From contig CBDFLQ010000006.1 in NCBI GenBank assembly GCA_965249275.1, positions 768,001 through 832,000 on the forward strand: a stretch of DNA of 64,000 bases, given 5' to 3'. Below, one piece after another: positions 1 through 9,056 of the stretch. Position 1 is the first letter of the stretch. Every line of letters starts with the position of its first letter. A program made the translations under genes and the position numbers. The notes under the pieces were generated by a model. The model ran no database searches, was not told the DNA's origin, and saw nothing but the letters and a program-made list of their open reading frames with translations. The stretch comes from Dehalococcoidia bacterium. Lineage in GTDB: Bacteria; Chloroflexota; Dehalococcoidia; Plut-88900.

Positions 1-143
1 GCCTTAGCTTTTTCCACCGGACCCATTAATCCTTGAAGACAATTTTGAACCTATCCACAATAGGATTATATCCCCTTGTACCCACAGTCGACCAATTGGT
101 CTACTAATCCTCTAGGACAAAGTAGGTTTTTGGGTCCTCCTCT

Positions 144-172
144 TTGACACCCCGGCACGGTGGGAATATCAT
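144..172 (+). promoter_or_regulatory. sigma70-type promoter (TTGACA-17-TATCAT), duplicate of the RidA promoter at 3237
   Basis: TTGACA 144-149, 17-nt spacer, TATCAT 167-172. Confidence 0.7.
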
Positions 173-225
173 CCTTCCCGGAATTCGGGGCGGGTCCCGC
201 GAACTAGAGCAAGAGAGGAATAGAG

Positions 226-261
226 ACGCATCATTGGGAAGAGATCAACGTAGAGGGCATC
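226..261 (+). pseudogene. 5' remnant of a RidA-family gene (start ATG>ACG)
   Basis: Translates (T)HHWEEINVEGI versus MHHWQEFNVDGI at 3321; preceded by a similar promoter and RBS. Confidence 0.7.
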
Positions 262-434
262 ACGGTATACATATCGGAGATCCACAAGTTGCAGACGTAA
301 GTCAAGCCTCAATCTTTTGTTCGATGAGCTTAAGAGCCATAGATAGACTCCATAGTGATTAGGATAGTGGCAATGCCCTGCGAGACAACGATACTATTCA
401 CCACCCAGATAAAGAGGTGTAGCGAGGTGGGCGT

Positions 435-3098
435 ATGAACCCTGGCAAGGCACTGCCGATCTTGCTCCGGGCACTGGTGTGTTTGCTGCCCATCTTCACA
501 GTCAGCGGGCTAGTCTGGGGCACCGTCTCCTGTGCCCCACCTCCGACGACTACCTCGAGCCCATCTCCTGCGGCCAGCCTGGCCCCTACTCTGACGCTAA
601 CACCGATCATTCCGTCCGAGAGGGATGCCATTGCGTCCGACAATAGGGCTGCTAAGCCCATGGGTAGCCCAGCGCCTATGGGTACTCCAACCTCCGCGGC
701 CGTCCCAGCACCTATGGACACTCCAACGCCTACGAACACTCCGATACCAATCCCAACACAGATACCTACAGTGGCTGCTGCCACAGAGTTGTCTCGAACC
801 ATTCCCTGGTTTTCGTCCCCACCTGACGTCAGTCACAACAAGGCTGCGGGGGCGCTTACAACAATTTGGGCAGAAAACTCAAATCTCGGTGCTTGGGTTG
901 CCCAGATGTCGTGGGTCGGCAACGGAATTACCGGACTTGATGACCGAGTTCTCCTCTTACTGCGGGACATCGTCTTGGCAAACCCAGACCTTGCGGAGAC
1001 CATTGCCGGATACCATTGGTTTGCCGATGGTGTGACTCCCTGGGAATGGGAGACACTCGAAACTCTCGGCACATCGCCAGGAGAGAATGTCGAGAAGGCG
1101 CTTCAAATAGCACGCTTGGTGTGGATAGCTGACGGGGTCACTAATCGAGAAGAGAAGGCCATAAGCAACTTGCAGCGGATTGCCAGGCATCCCAAAATAG
1201 CGGAAAGGGTACTGCACTTTGACTGGGTGATAGAAGGCATTGCATATCAAGAGCAACAGGGCCTAGAGAACTTAGCAGACCTGGCAAACAATCATCCGGG
1301 TCTCGCTGCAATGGTGGCAGAGCAACCATGGTTGGCCGATGGTATGACGTATCATGAGCAGATCGCCATCCGGTACCTGTCCTACATCGCAGGCAGCGAC
1401 AGGTCGCTAGCGGAGAACGTCGTTCACTCCATCCCCGGCGGCCTGAGCAACGCGTATCTGGTCATATCTCTTGGCAGTTTGGCCGTCGAGGACCCGTCAG
1501 GATTCCAGATGGTCCGGGAGCAGCCGTGGATTTCCGACGGACTGGATGTCGAGGAGAAAGCCTTCATGATCACCCTGAGAGATACGAAAAGCATCTCGAT
1601 GGAGTTATTTGCAAGCGTTCTGAAATCCCGTTTCACGCGGTCGACAACCGTTTCGCTACCGGAGAGTGGTGAAGTGCGTCTTTGGGCATTCCAGAGCGAT
1701 CCGTTCCCTGCCAACGACAACAGCATAGAAACAATGGAGAGGGCAGTCCGCAGTATAGAAGAGTTGTTAGGTCTGCCCTTCAACACCAACGACATCATAG
1801 TTTTGATCACACCGGCAGGCATAGGAGAAACGCGCGAGCCACACCCTGCAGTGCATGTAGGGAGTCACATACGCATAGTCAGAGATGGTGGCCAACCAAT
1901 ACCCAAGTCTTACATCTACCACGAGACGGGTCATTACTTCTTTAAGTTCTTCCCCAAATGGATCATCGAAGGCGGCCCCGAGTTGCTAAATTCCTATATA
2001 CGGGACAAAACGGGTGTCGAATCCATCAACGACAGGCTCCTTGCGCTGGAGGAGCATGTCAAGTGGGCCTGTTACGACCACGGAATCCCGAATCTCTTAG
2101 AACTGGATGAGCGCGAGGGATTCTACGTGGACCAGAGCCCTATCTTTTGCACGTATGCGTTTGGAGAATACTTTTTCCTCCGGTTGCATCAGCTGCTAGG
2201 ACAGGAAGCGGTATCGGCCGCATTGAGGGATATGCATCTTCGGTTCACATTGACGGACCTCGACGTGAGGTTGAGAGGCAAAGACATTTACCTGATATTT
2301 CTGGAGCATACACCCCCTGAGAAGATAGAGGATTACCGCGACTTGTTCAGGAAATTGCACGGCGGGCCGTGGCCCGACGCCAACGTCAATGTCGTAGACG
2401 ATCACGGAGACAGTGCAACGGGTGCAACCCGGATACAGGCCGGACAAGTTGTGAAGGGAGCGCTGGACCACGAATTCGACGCAGACTATTTCCATTTTGA
2501 GACCGCGGCCTCACAGGAGTATCAGATTGCAGTCAACAACAATTCAATGGAGGACATACGCCTTAAGCTCTACTCTACTGACGGTGCAACTCTCCTTGCG
2601 GTTCGCGAATCGGAAGTGCAAGGCGCAGGCATACTTTTGTCCTGGTCAGCACCGGACTCCGGAGGACAATACATCGCCGTGGACAGTCCTGAGGGGAGCA
2701 TAGACTCCTATACAGTACGCATTGCACCGCTTGTTGTTGGCGCTGACGACCATGGAGACGAGGCCACAACAGCGACTCACGTCGAGGTAGGAATTAGAGT
2801 ACACGGCACATTGGACCATAGTGTGGACCGGGACTACTTCCAGTTCCGAGCCGAAGCAGGGCGAGGGTATAAGGCCATTGTATCCAACGGCGCTCTGGTG
2901 TATTCAGACGTTATCTTCTATCACCCTGACGGCGTTACTCCGACAAAGAGATATGCGGGAGGATGGGGGATCAAGGGGGCCAGGCAATGTGTATACATTC
3001 CGAGAGACGGTGAGTATTACGCCGTAGTCGGGAGTCCCGAGGGGAACAGCGGCGACTATACACTAGAGGTCATGCCCACCGAAGAATGTGAACTATGA
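435..3098 (+). CDS. Predicted lipoprotein/exported zinc metallopeptidase with Pro/Thr linker, xWxxDG helical repeats, HExxH domain and two C-terminal DDHGD/PPC-like domains
   Basis: 887-aa ORF with GAGG RBS; hydrophobic N-terminus ending TVSC; repeats HWFADG, VWIADG, PWLADG, PWISDG; HETGH followed by WIIEGGPE; DDHGD twice. Confidence 0.75.
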   Translation: MNPGKALPILLRALVCLLPIFTVSGLVWGTVSCAPPPTTTSSPSPAASLAPTLTLTPIIPSERDAIASDNRAAKPMGSPAPMGTPTSAAVPAPMDTPTPTNTPIPIPTQIPTVAAATELSRTIPWFSSPPDVSHNKAAGALTTIWAENSNLGAWVAQMSWVGNGITGLDDRVLLLLRDIVLANPDLAETIAGYHWFADGVTPWEWETLETLGTSPGENVEKALQIARLVWIADGVTNREEKAISNLQRIARHPKIAERVLHFDWVIEGIAYQEQQGLENLADLANNHPGLAAMVAEQPWLADGMTYHEQIAIRYLSYIAGSDRSLAENVVHSIPGGLSNAYLVISLGSLAVEDPSGFQMVREQPWISDGLDVEEKAFMITLRDTKSISMELFASVLKSRFTRSTTVSLPESGEVRLWAFQSDPFPANDNSIETMERAVRSIEELLGLPFNTNDIIVLITPAGIGETREPHPAVHVGSHIRIVRDGGQPIPKSYIYHETGHYFFKFFPKWIIEGGPELLNSYIRDKTGVESINDRLLALEEHVKWACYDHGIPNLLELDEREGFYVDQSPIFCTYAFGEYFFLRLHQLLGQEAVSAALRDMHLRFTLTDLDVRLRGKDIYLIFLEHTPPEKIEDYRDLFRKLHGGPWPDANVNVVDDHGDSATGATRIQAGQVVKGALDHEFDADYFHFETAASQEYQIAVNNNSMEDIRLKLYSTDGATLLAVRESEVQGAGILLSWSAPDSGGQYIAVDSPEGSIDSYTVRIAPLVVGADDHGDEATTATHVEVGIRVHGTLDHSVDRDYFQFRAEAGRGYKAIVSNGALVYSDVIFYHPDGVTPTKRYAGGWGIKGARQCVYIPRDGEYYAVVGSPEGNSGDYTLEVMPTEECEL

Positions 3099-3236
3099 CT
3101 GAGCATATGCTTTAATCTCACGAACCTGTGTAGGACATCCAGAGCCTTGCCCATACGCATATCCCTCGTTCTATCCAGCAAACAGCCGATTTACTATTTG
3201 GCCGATCAGTACTGAGAGTCTATTCAATTCCGGGCT

Positions 3237-3265
3237 TTGACACCCACGCGCGGCGGGCATATCAT
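3237..3265 (+). promoter_or_regulatory. sigma70-type promoter of the RidA pair
   Basis: TTGACA 3237-3242, 17 nt, TATCAT 3260-3265. Confidence 0.7.
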
Positions 3266-3320
3266 CCCCACTGGACATCAGGGCTCGGGCCTCGTAACCG
3301 AGAAGGAAAGAGGACCAAAG

Positions 3321-3722
3321 ATGCATCACTGGCAAGAGTTCAACGTCGACGGCATATTTTCGTACAAAGACAACTTGAAGATTGCTCACGCGGTGAGGAC
3401 GGGCAATACTGTGTACATATCAGGGCAGGTAGCGCTGGATGTTGACGGGAATGTGGTGGGCGAGGGAGACGTAGAGGCACAGGGAGACCTGATCTGGGAG
3501 AACATTGGTAAGGTGCTGGAGGCGGCCGGGGCGTCGATGGACGACGTAGTTAAGGTGTTCCAGTTCGTGGTCGGAGCGGAGAATTTCGCTGGGATGTCCA
3601 GGTCACGGCGCAAAGTATTAGGAGAGGCGCCCTTGAGGGCCATCACGGCGATTGTGGTCTCGGGGCTGGTAAAACCCGAGCTTCTGCTGGAAGTGGACGT
3701 GATTGCGGAGATAGGCCAATGA
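3321..3722 (+). CDS. RidA/YjgF/UK114 family protein
   Basis: HAVRTGNTVYISGQ...VLEAAGASMDDVVKV...PELLLEVDVIA; ATG 3321 with GAGG RBS. Confidence 0.9.
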   Translation: MHHWQEFNVDGIFSYKDNLKIAHAVRTGNTVYISGQVALDVDGNVVGEGDVEAQGDLIWENIGKVLEAAGASMDDVVKVFQFVVGAENFAGMSRSRRKVLGEAPLRAITAIVVSGLVKPELLLEVDVIAEIGQ

Positions 3723-4141
3723 GCTCGGTAGAGACAGGGTCAAAACACTGGACCAGCTATACGGTACCCGGCATCTGGTCCTTTCCTGAACACCAGAAGA
3801 TCACCCACGCCCTGAGAGTAGGCAACACGGTCTACATCTCGGGACAGACTGCCCGTGGGGTGAACGGGGAGGCAGAGGGCGGAAGCGGAGTCGAGGCGCA
3901 GGGCATGGCGATATGGAGACACATCGAGACGGTGCTGGCCGCGGCCGGGGCCACGCTGGATGACGTAGTAAAGGTCTTCCAGTTCGTGGTGGGAGAGAAG
4001 AACTTTGCGGGGATGGGCCGGGCACGGAGGGCTGCGTTAGGGGAAACTAAGCTTCGAGCTATAACTTCAGTGGTTGTGGCCGGGCTTGCGAGGCCGGACC
4101 TACTTCTGGAGGTCGACGTGATTGCCGTGGTCCCGGACTAG
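3719..4141 (+). CDS. RidA/YjgF/UK114 family protein (tandem paralog)
   Basis: Same motifs as the upstream gene; ATGA overlap. Confidence 0.9.
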   Translation: MSSVETGSKHWTSYTVPGIWSFPEHQKITHALRVGNTVYISGQTARGVNGEAEGGSGVEAQGMAIWRHIETVLAAAGATLDDVVKVFQFVVGEKNFAGMGRARRAALGETKLRAITSVVVAGLARPDLLLEVDVIAVVPD

Positions 4142-4446
4142 CTCGGCCGCAGGGCATAGCCCTGGAGGTCAAAGGTGCGGTTCAGACGCGCATCTTCGGA
4201 TAGGGCCTCAATGCGCCTTGATAGTGGGGAAGCCTCGGGGGAGGATTCTGCGGTGTCGGCTGCCTCAGGGGACTCCCAGACGAATATGCGGCCCATCTCG
4301 TTAGAGCCGGCCCGGCTCGTGAATCGCAGCCCGAGCACGTAGCCCTGCTGGAGAGAGAAGGCCGTGTCCAGGGCTTCGAGGAGGTTTGCGATGCGCTCCT
4401 CATTGCCGGGCTTCGGGGTGAACGTGGATAGCCTCATCACGACCAT
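4138..4446 (-). CDS. Small dimeric alpha-beta barrel (ABM-like) protein
   Basis: 102 aa; KPG.E, QQGYV, VWESPEAA pattern; 6 nt downstream of the DsbA-like gene. Confidence 0.6.
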   Translation of the reverse strand: MVVMRLSTFTPKPGNEERIANLLEALDTAFSLQQGYVLGLRFTSRAGSNEMGRIFVWESPEAADTAESSPEASPLSRRIEALSEDARLNRTFDLQGYALRPS

Positions 4447-4452
4447 GACCGG

Positions 4453-5082
4453 TTACCCCACCCCTCGCTTCTCAATGGCTCGCTCCAATATCCTGCGGTA
4501 AAGGTCGGTGGGCGCGGCCCCGACTATCGGCTCCCGACCTTCGATGAGCACCAGCGGCAGTCCCGATGGCGCTTCTCCGTATTCCATAACCATCTCAAGA
4601 TGCTCGCCGATGACCGCCACTTTCTGTTGACCGCCTTCCAACTCTCTTTTGAATCTCTCAGCGTCCAGGCCCTCCCGGGTGGCGAGGGTCGTAAGCTGCG
4701 AGTAGTCGCTGACATCAATGCTCTCGACGAAGATTGCCCGGAACAGGGCACGGTGGTAGGACTCGAAAGCTTGGGGCCCTTGGGCGGCGGCGCACTTGGC
4801 GGCTTCCAGTGCGGGAAGACTTGAGGAGATGTAGGGCTTGTCAGCGGCCCAAGGCTCGAACCGGGCCCCTGGTTCAGCCTCTGCCGCCGCGGCCCGGGAG
4901 GTCCTGCCGTGGGGTGTGACAAGCCGAGAGTCGGCGCGGCCCATGAGGAGAGCGTAGCTCTTCCATTGGAACTCCACCCGGGGCCCGAGCGCCTCTTTGA
5001 CCTTGTCCAGCCGCACCGACGTGATGTAGCACCAGGGTCATATGTAGTCGGAGTAGATGGTGACTGACAGGTCTGGGGCCAT
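4453..5082 (-). CDS. FrnE/DsbA-like thioredoxin-fold selenoprotein (UxxC), TGA at 5038-5040 read as Sec
   Basis: ATG 5082 gives MAPDLSVTIYSDYI-U-PWCYITSVRLDK, in frame with ORF 4453..5016; matches the FrnE SDxxCPWC motif; cis-Pro GLP. Confidence 0.88.
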
Positions 5083-5370
5083 GTGATCTTCCAAGGTGTT
5101 ATGTCTAGTCTGAGAGAGGGGCGATTATAGCATGAGGTACGCGTGTTTTATCGCTCGCATGCAGACCCGGTAAGTCCAAGTTTTTGATTGAACTCCATAT
5201 TCAGGCGTGGCCTCTAATTGTTCTCGATAGAATGGAGTTGTGGGAGCAGGTGAGAAAACCAGGTGACTGCGGCACCGGATTTGGTCATGGGTAAAGAATA
5301 GGGATGGCGGGTCGGTAGCACAAGGGGCCCGCGTCACTTTGGTGAGGAGTGTGGGGGTTGATACGGGTAT

Positions 5371-5405
5371 CCGCTCGACCCTTCGACGGGGCTCAGGATG
5401 AGCGG
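5371..5405. repeat. Palindromic repeat family B (CGCTC...CTTCGAC..GCTCAG...GAGCG)
   Basis: Similar copies at 7529, 11905, 15849 and 17250. Confidence 0.7.
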
Positions 5406-5464
5406 GAGTGGGGGGATGGTCATAGAATCTAGCATCAAAGCAGGATGCCTCAGTTATCGTGACC

Positions 5465-7096
5465 TCAAACCGTAAACATCACCAATTCCAGTATTTCATG
5501 GCTTGCAACAGTGCCGATGAACTCACCTGTATTTTTGTCCAGTACCGGTAGCACTGTTAGCGAATTTTCGGTCATTCGCTGGAGAGCATCTTCCACCAAT
5601 TCCTCCGAATTAGCATTGGGCGTAAGTCGGCGCAGCACTCGGCCAAGGTGAGTGTGCCTCCACTCGCTGCGCGGAAGGTAGCGCAACATGCTCAACGACA
5701 CTATGCCAGCGAATTTCCCCTTATCTACAACCACGTAGTCGTTCTGTTGCGGCAGAATCCAACTGTCAACGAACGCTTTTACCGTAAGTGATTGCTCTGG
5801 GTAGCTTCGAGAACGGTCCAGGATATCCTTTATCGTGATGCCCTCCAGGGCAAAGCGATCCAACGAGGGAGGCATTTGTCCCCGGGGGATAACAGTTTCG
5901 GAATGTTTGAGTCTTCCAATTGCAAAACTGATTCCCATGGGGGTCAGAAGGATATATCCGAACATGACTAGTACCAGCAAAGAAAAGACTCCCTTGTCAA
6001 TGGTACCGGTCTGTAGGAGCAAGAGAAGAAGGGCGATTTCGGCCACTCCCTTGGCCATCAGGCCCATGGCAGTGGCGAAGGGAGCATGAAGGCGGGTAAT
6101 GTATACGCTGATAAACGCTGCAACGAATTTGCCGGCTAGAGGCACAAGCGTTAGTGCGAGTACAGTCTCCAAGGGCAGCTCCAGGAAATCCAGGCTCAAA
6201 TGTAGTCCTGCGGAGGCGAAGAACAGGGGAACGAACAACCCTTCGGAGGTACCTTTCATACCCGGCATGATGTCGCGCCGAACCTGGTACGGCAACATGG
6301 AGAGAGCGGCACCAAAAAGCAGAGCACCAAGGGATCCGTGAAGTCCGACCTGCTCGGCCAAGGCCACTACCAAGAAAAGCCCGCCCAGCAACAGCCCAAA
6401 AGAAAGTTGCGGCACTCTTAAGAATCGATGCAACAGAACGATCACCCTGGGCAGCAACTTGGTGGAGACGAACCATGTAGCAACTGCAAATCCGAGAATT
6501 TGCCCCACCAGGGTCAGCACACTGATCCAGTCCAGACCGTGACCGCGTCCCCCAGGGTCAAAGTGTTCGCTTATAGTGAATCCCACAACAAACAAAGCGA
6601 TTAGCTCGGCGATTATTGCAGCGGTGAAGATTTGGACTCCCACAGGCTCTCTCAGTCGGCCTTCATCAATCAACACCCTGGCCACGAGGCCGAGGCTGGA
6701 CAGTGACAGCACGCCAGCCAATCCCAAAGCTTCGGTAAAGTCAAGCCCTAAATGGAGATCAAAAAGGTGATCGCTGGTAACTGCCAGGGACACCAATAGC
6801 GATATGGTCACAGACAATACGGAGGCAAGGAAGAGACGGCCACGAATGGCCGCAAAAAATCCCCTAATGTCCAGCTCCTCCAAGCCTATAAGGAAAAAGA
6901 AGACAAATATACCGATGCCTAAAAAAACTTCGAGACCTGGGCTGGTTTTAACGACTCCGCTTAGGGGACCAAGGACAACTCCAGTAGTTGCATAGGCGAT
7001 GATTGAATTTAGGTTGAACCGTTTGAATAAGCCCTCGAGCAGCTTGGCAGTTACAATGAGGAGCCCAACTGACAAGACGGCATTCTGGAGATCCAA
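5465..7096 (-). CDS. Cation:proton antiporter (CPA2-like) with C-terminal CBS domain pair
   Basis: Many TM segments; FFLIGLEE, FVPLFFASAGL, GLMAKG motifs; CBS-like C-terminus. Confidence 0.88.
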   Translation of the reverse strand: MDLQNAVLSVGLLIVTAKLLEGLFKRFNLNSIIAYATTGVVLGPLSGVVKTSPGLEVFLGIGIFVFFFLIGLEELDIRGFFAAIRGRLFLASVLSVTISLLVSLAVTSDHLFDLHLGLDFTEALGLAGVLSLSSLGLVARVLIDEGRLREPVGVQIFTAAIIAELIALFVVGFTISEHFDPGGRGHGLDWISVLTLVGQILGFAVATWFVSTKLLPRVIVLLHRFLRVPQLSFGLLLGGLFLVVALAEQVGLHGSLGALLFGAALSMLPYQVRRDIMPGMKGTSEGLFVPLFFASAGLHLSLDFLELPLETVLALTLVPLAGKFVAAFISVYITRLHAPFATAMGLMAKGVAEIALLLLLLQTGTIDKGVFSLLVLVMFGYILLTPMGISFAIGRLKHSETVIPRGQMPPSLDRFALEGITIKDILDRSRSYPEQSLTVKAFVDSWILPQQNDYVVVDKGKFAGIVSLSMLRYLPRSEWRHTHLGRVLRRLTPNANSEELVEDALQRMTENSLTVLPVLDKNTGEFIGTVASHEILELVMFTV

Positions 7097-7528
7097 ATTG
7101 AAGGGCCCTTTCTAGCAGCTGTTCCTCTTGGTGGCAGCAGCTAAAACGAAAATGGGAATAGTGAACCTGAGGGTAAAGTCACTAAAGAATAGCATCTTGT
7201 TTTCGTAGTCCCGCGGCAATGAGGGTTCATTCTGCGGTCGACGTATAGTGCGCTTGTGTTAGGGGTATTGTGCAAAAGGGCCTCGGCAGTGTCAATGAGC
7301 TAAAACTTGGTGCATTTGACCGACTCGGGCACAGACTACCAGACAATTCCTAATGAGTTAGGGGCAAAGTTGGCCATGCCGACGGTAGGAGGAAACTCAT
7401 GCTTCTTTGCCCTTAACATTTGATTTTCTGGTTGAGCTTGTGCTTGGGAGACGCTTCTTCATTAATCGTTTCTCATAAGACAAGGATGCGTGCCATAGAT
7501 AGAGCAGGTGCTAGGCAGATGTTTGCAT

Positions 7529-7561
7529 CCGCTCGACCCTTAGATAAGCTCAGTATGAGCG
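7529..7561. repeat. Palindromic repeat family B copy
   Basis: ccgctcgacccttagataagctcagtatgagcg. Confidence 0.6.
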
Positions 7562-7621
7562 AGGCGGGGCGTGGGTGCTTGGGGATGACGAGGGTATGGA
7601 GTGTGAGTGGGCAAATCCTAG

Positions 7622-8817
7622 GAAACCTCTGAACAAGTCTAAGGGCATAGGTAATAGGTAAGATAGGGAGAGTAAGGCCAAAGCTGAGGTGAGATTTGAT
7701 GGAGCAGCCGACATTTGCAGACTTGGAATACGAGGGCAAGAAGCGAAAGACCCGCCGGGAGATATTTCTGGAGCGGATGGAGGACCTGGTTCCATGGGGA
7801 AAGTTAGAGGAGCGAATCCGGCCCTACTATTCCAGGGCGGGCCGTGGACGGAGGCCCTACGAGTTGTCGGTGATGCTGCGGATACACTGCGTGCAGCTGT
7901 TCTACAACCTGAGCGATCCGGGCATGGAGGACATGCTCTACGAGGTGGAGTCGGTGAGGCGGTTCGCAGGTCTGAGGCTGTCCGGCCCCTTGCCTGACGA
8001 GACTACGATACTGAACTTCCGCCATCTGCTGGAAGAGCAGGAGTTGGGTCGGGGGCTGTTCGAGGAGATCAACCGTCATCTGGAGTCTCGGGGACTGAGG
8101 CTCAGGGAGGGTACGATTGTGGATGCGAGCATCATCGAGGCGCCGGCGTCTACGAAGAACCGTGCTGGAGAGCGAGACCCCGATATGCACCAAGTGAAGA
8201 AGGGGAAGGAGTGGCACTTCGGTATGAAAGTGCACATTGGTGCAGACGCTGACACGGGGGTGGTGCACAGTATGAGTACGACAGCTGCGAACGTGCATGA
8301 CGTGACGGAGGCGCACCGGCTGCTGCATGGAGGGGAGAGGCGAGTGTGGGGAGATGCGGGATATCAGGGAGTGGAGAAGCGGGCGGAGAATCGGGATATG
8401 GATGTGGAGTGGCGGGTGGCGATGAGACCTGGACGGCGTCGGAAACTGAGGGCGGGGAGCTGCGAGGCCTTAGCGGAGAAGAGCAAATCATCCATCAGGG
8501 CTAAGGTGGAGCATCCGTTCCTGTACGTGAAACGGCACTTCGGCTACGCCAAGGTCCGCTACAGGGGCTTGTACAAGAACACGCAACGGGTGGCGATGCT
8601 GCTGGGGCTGGCCAACTTGGTAAGGGCCGAGCGCCACTTAGCGGTGTGACGGAGGAGCAGTGTGGTCAAATCCGGGTCGATGGTGACTGGATGCCCTGAC
8701 AGGCCAGAACATAGGATGCAAATAAGCCACCGAGACGCAACATTACGACCCAACCTCTCCCCAAAACTCCATGCAAGACAACCTAAGCTGGTTTACAGTG
8801 AGTTGTTCAGAGCTTCC
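7622..8817 (+). mobile_element. IS5-family (IS5 group) insertion sequence, 1196 bp
   Basis: Terminal IRs GAAACCTCTGAACAAGT / revcomp GGAAGCTCTGAACAACT (14/17); CTAG duplication at 7618-7621 and 8818-8821. Confidence 0.93.
7699..8649 (+). CDS. IS5-family DDE transposase
   Basis: KTRREIFL, PDETTILNFRHLLE, IVDAS, WHFGMKVHIG, GDAGYQG, RAKVEHPF. Confidence 0.95.
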   Translation: MEQPTFADLEYEGKKRKTRREIFLERMEDLVPWGKLEERIRPYYSRAGRGRRPYELSVMLRIHCVQLFYNLSDPGMEDMLYEVESVRRFAGLRLSGPLPDETTILNFRHLLEEQELGRGLFEEINRHLESRGLRLREGTIVDASIIEAPASTKNRAGERDPDMHQVKKGKEWHFGMKVHIGADADTGVVHSMSTTAANVHDVTEAHRLLHGGERRVWGDAGYQGVEKRAENRDMDVEWRVAMRPGRRRKLRAGSCEALAEKSKSSIRAKVEHPFLYVKRHFGYAKVRYRGLYKNTQRVAMLLGLANLVRAERHLAV

Positions 8818-9056
8818 CTAGATCTCTCGCGGAGCCTCGGGATGACATGCCAGAGGCGGGATGGGGGGCGAGCACAGTAGGCGCTCCTGCGGAGGAATCG
8901 TGGGAGTCTGGATTCCCGTCCTCCAAAGGCGGATTTTCAATGTCTGGGCACGAGAATGACGGAAGGGATGGGATGGGTTGTGATATATTGTTCCCTGGTG
9001 GAGACCATATGTACCCGCGCACATAAGGCTCGACGCCATTCGCCCATGGCAGGTGA

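Noticed and set aside
1-26. Possible start of a minus-strand gene (MGPVEKAK...) running off the window
   Set aside because: Only eight codons are visible; cannot be supported
7097-7300. Possible riboswitch in the long leader of the antiporter gene
   Set aside because: Only a promoter-like TTGACA-17-CACAAT on the minus strand was seen; no recognisable aptamer motif
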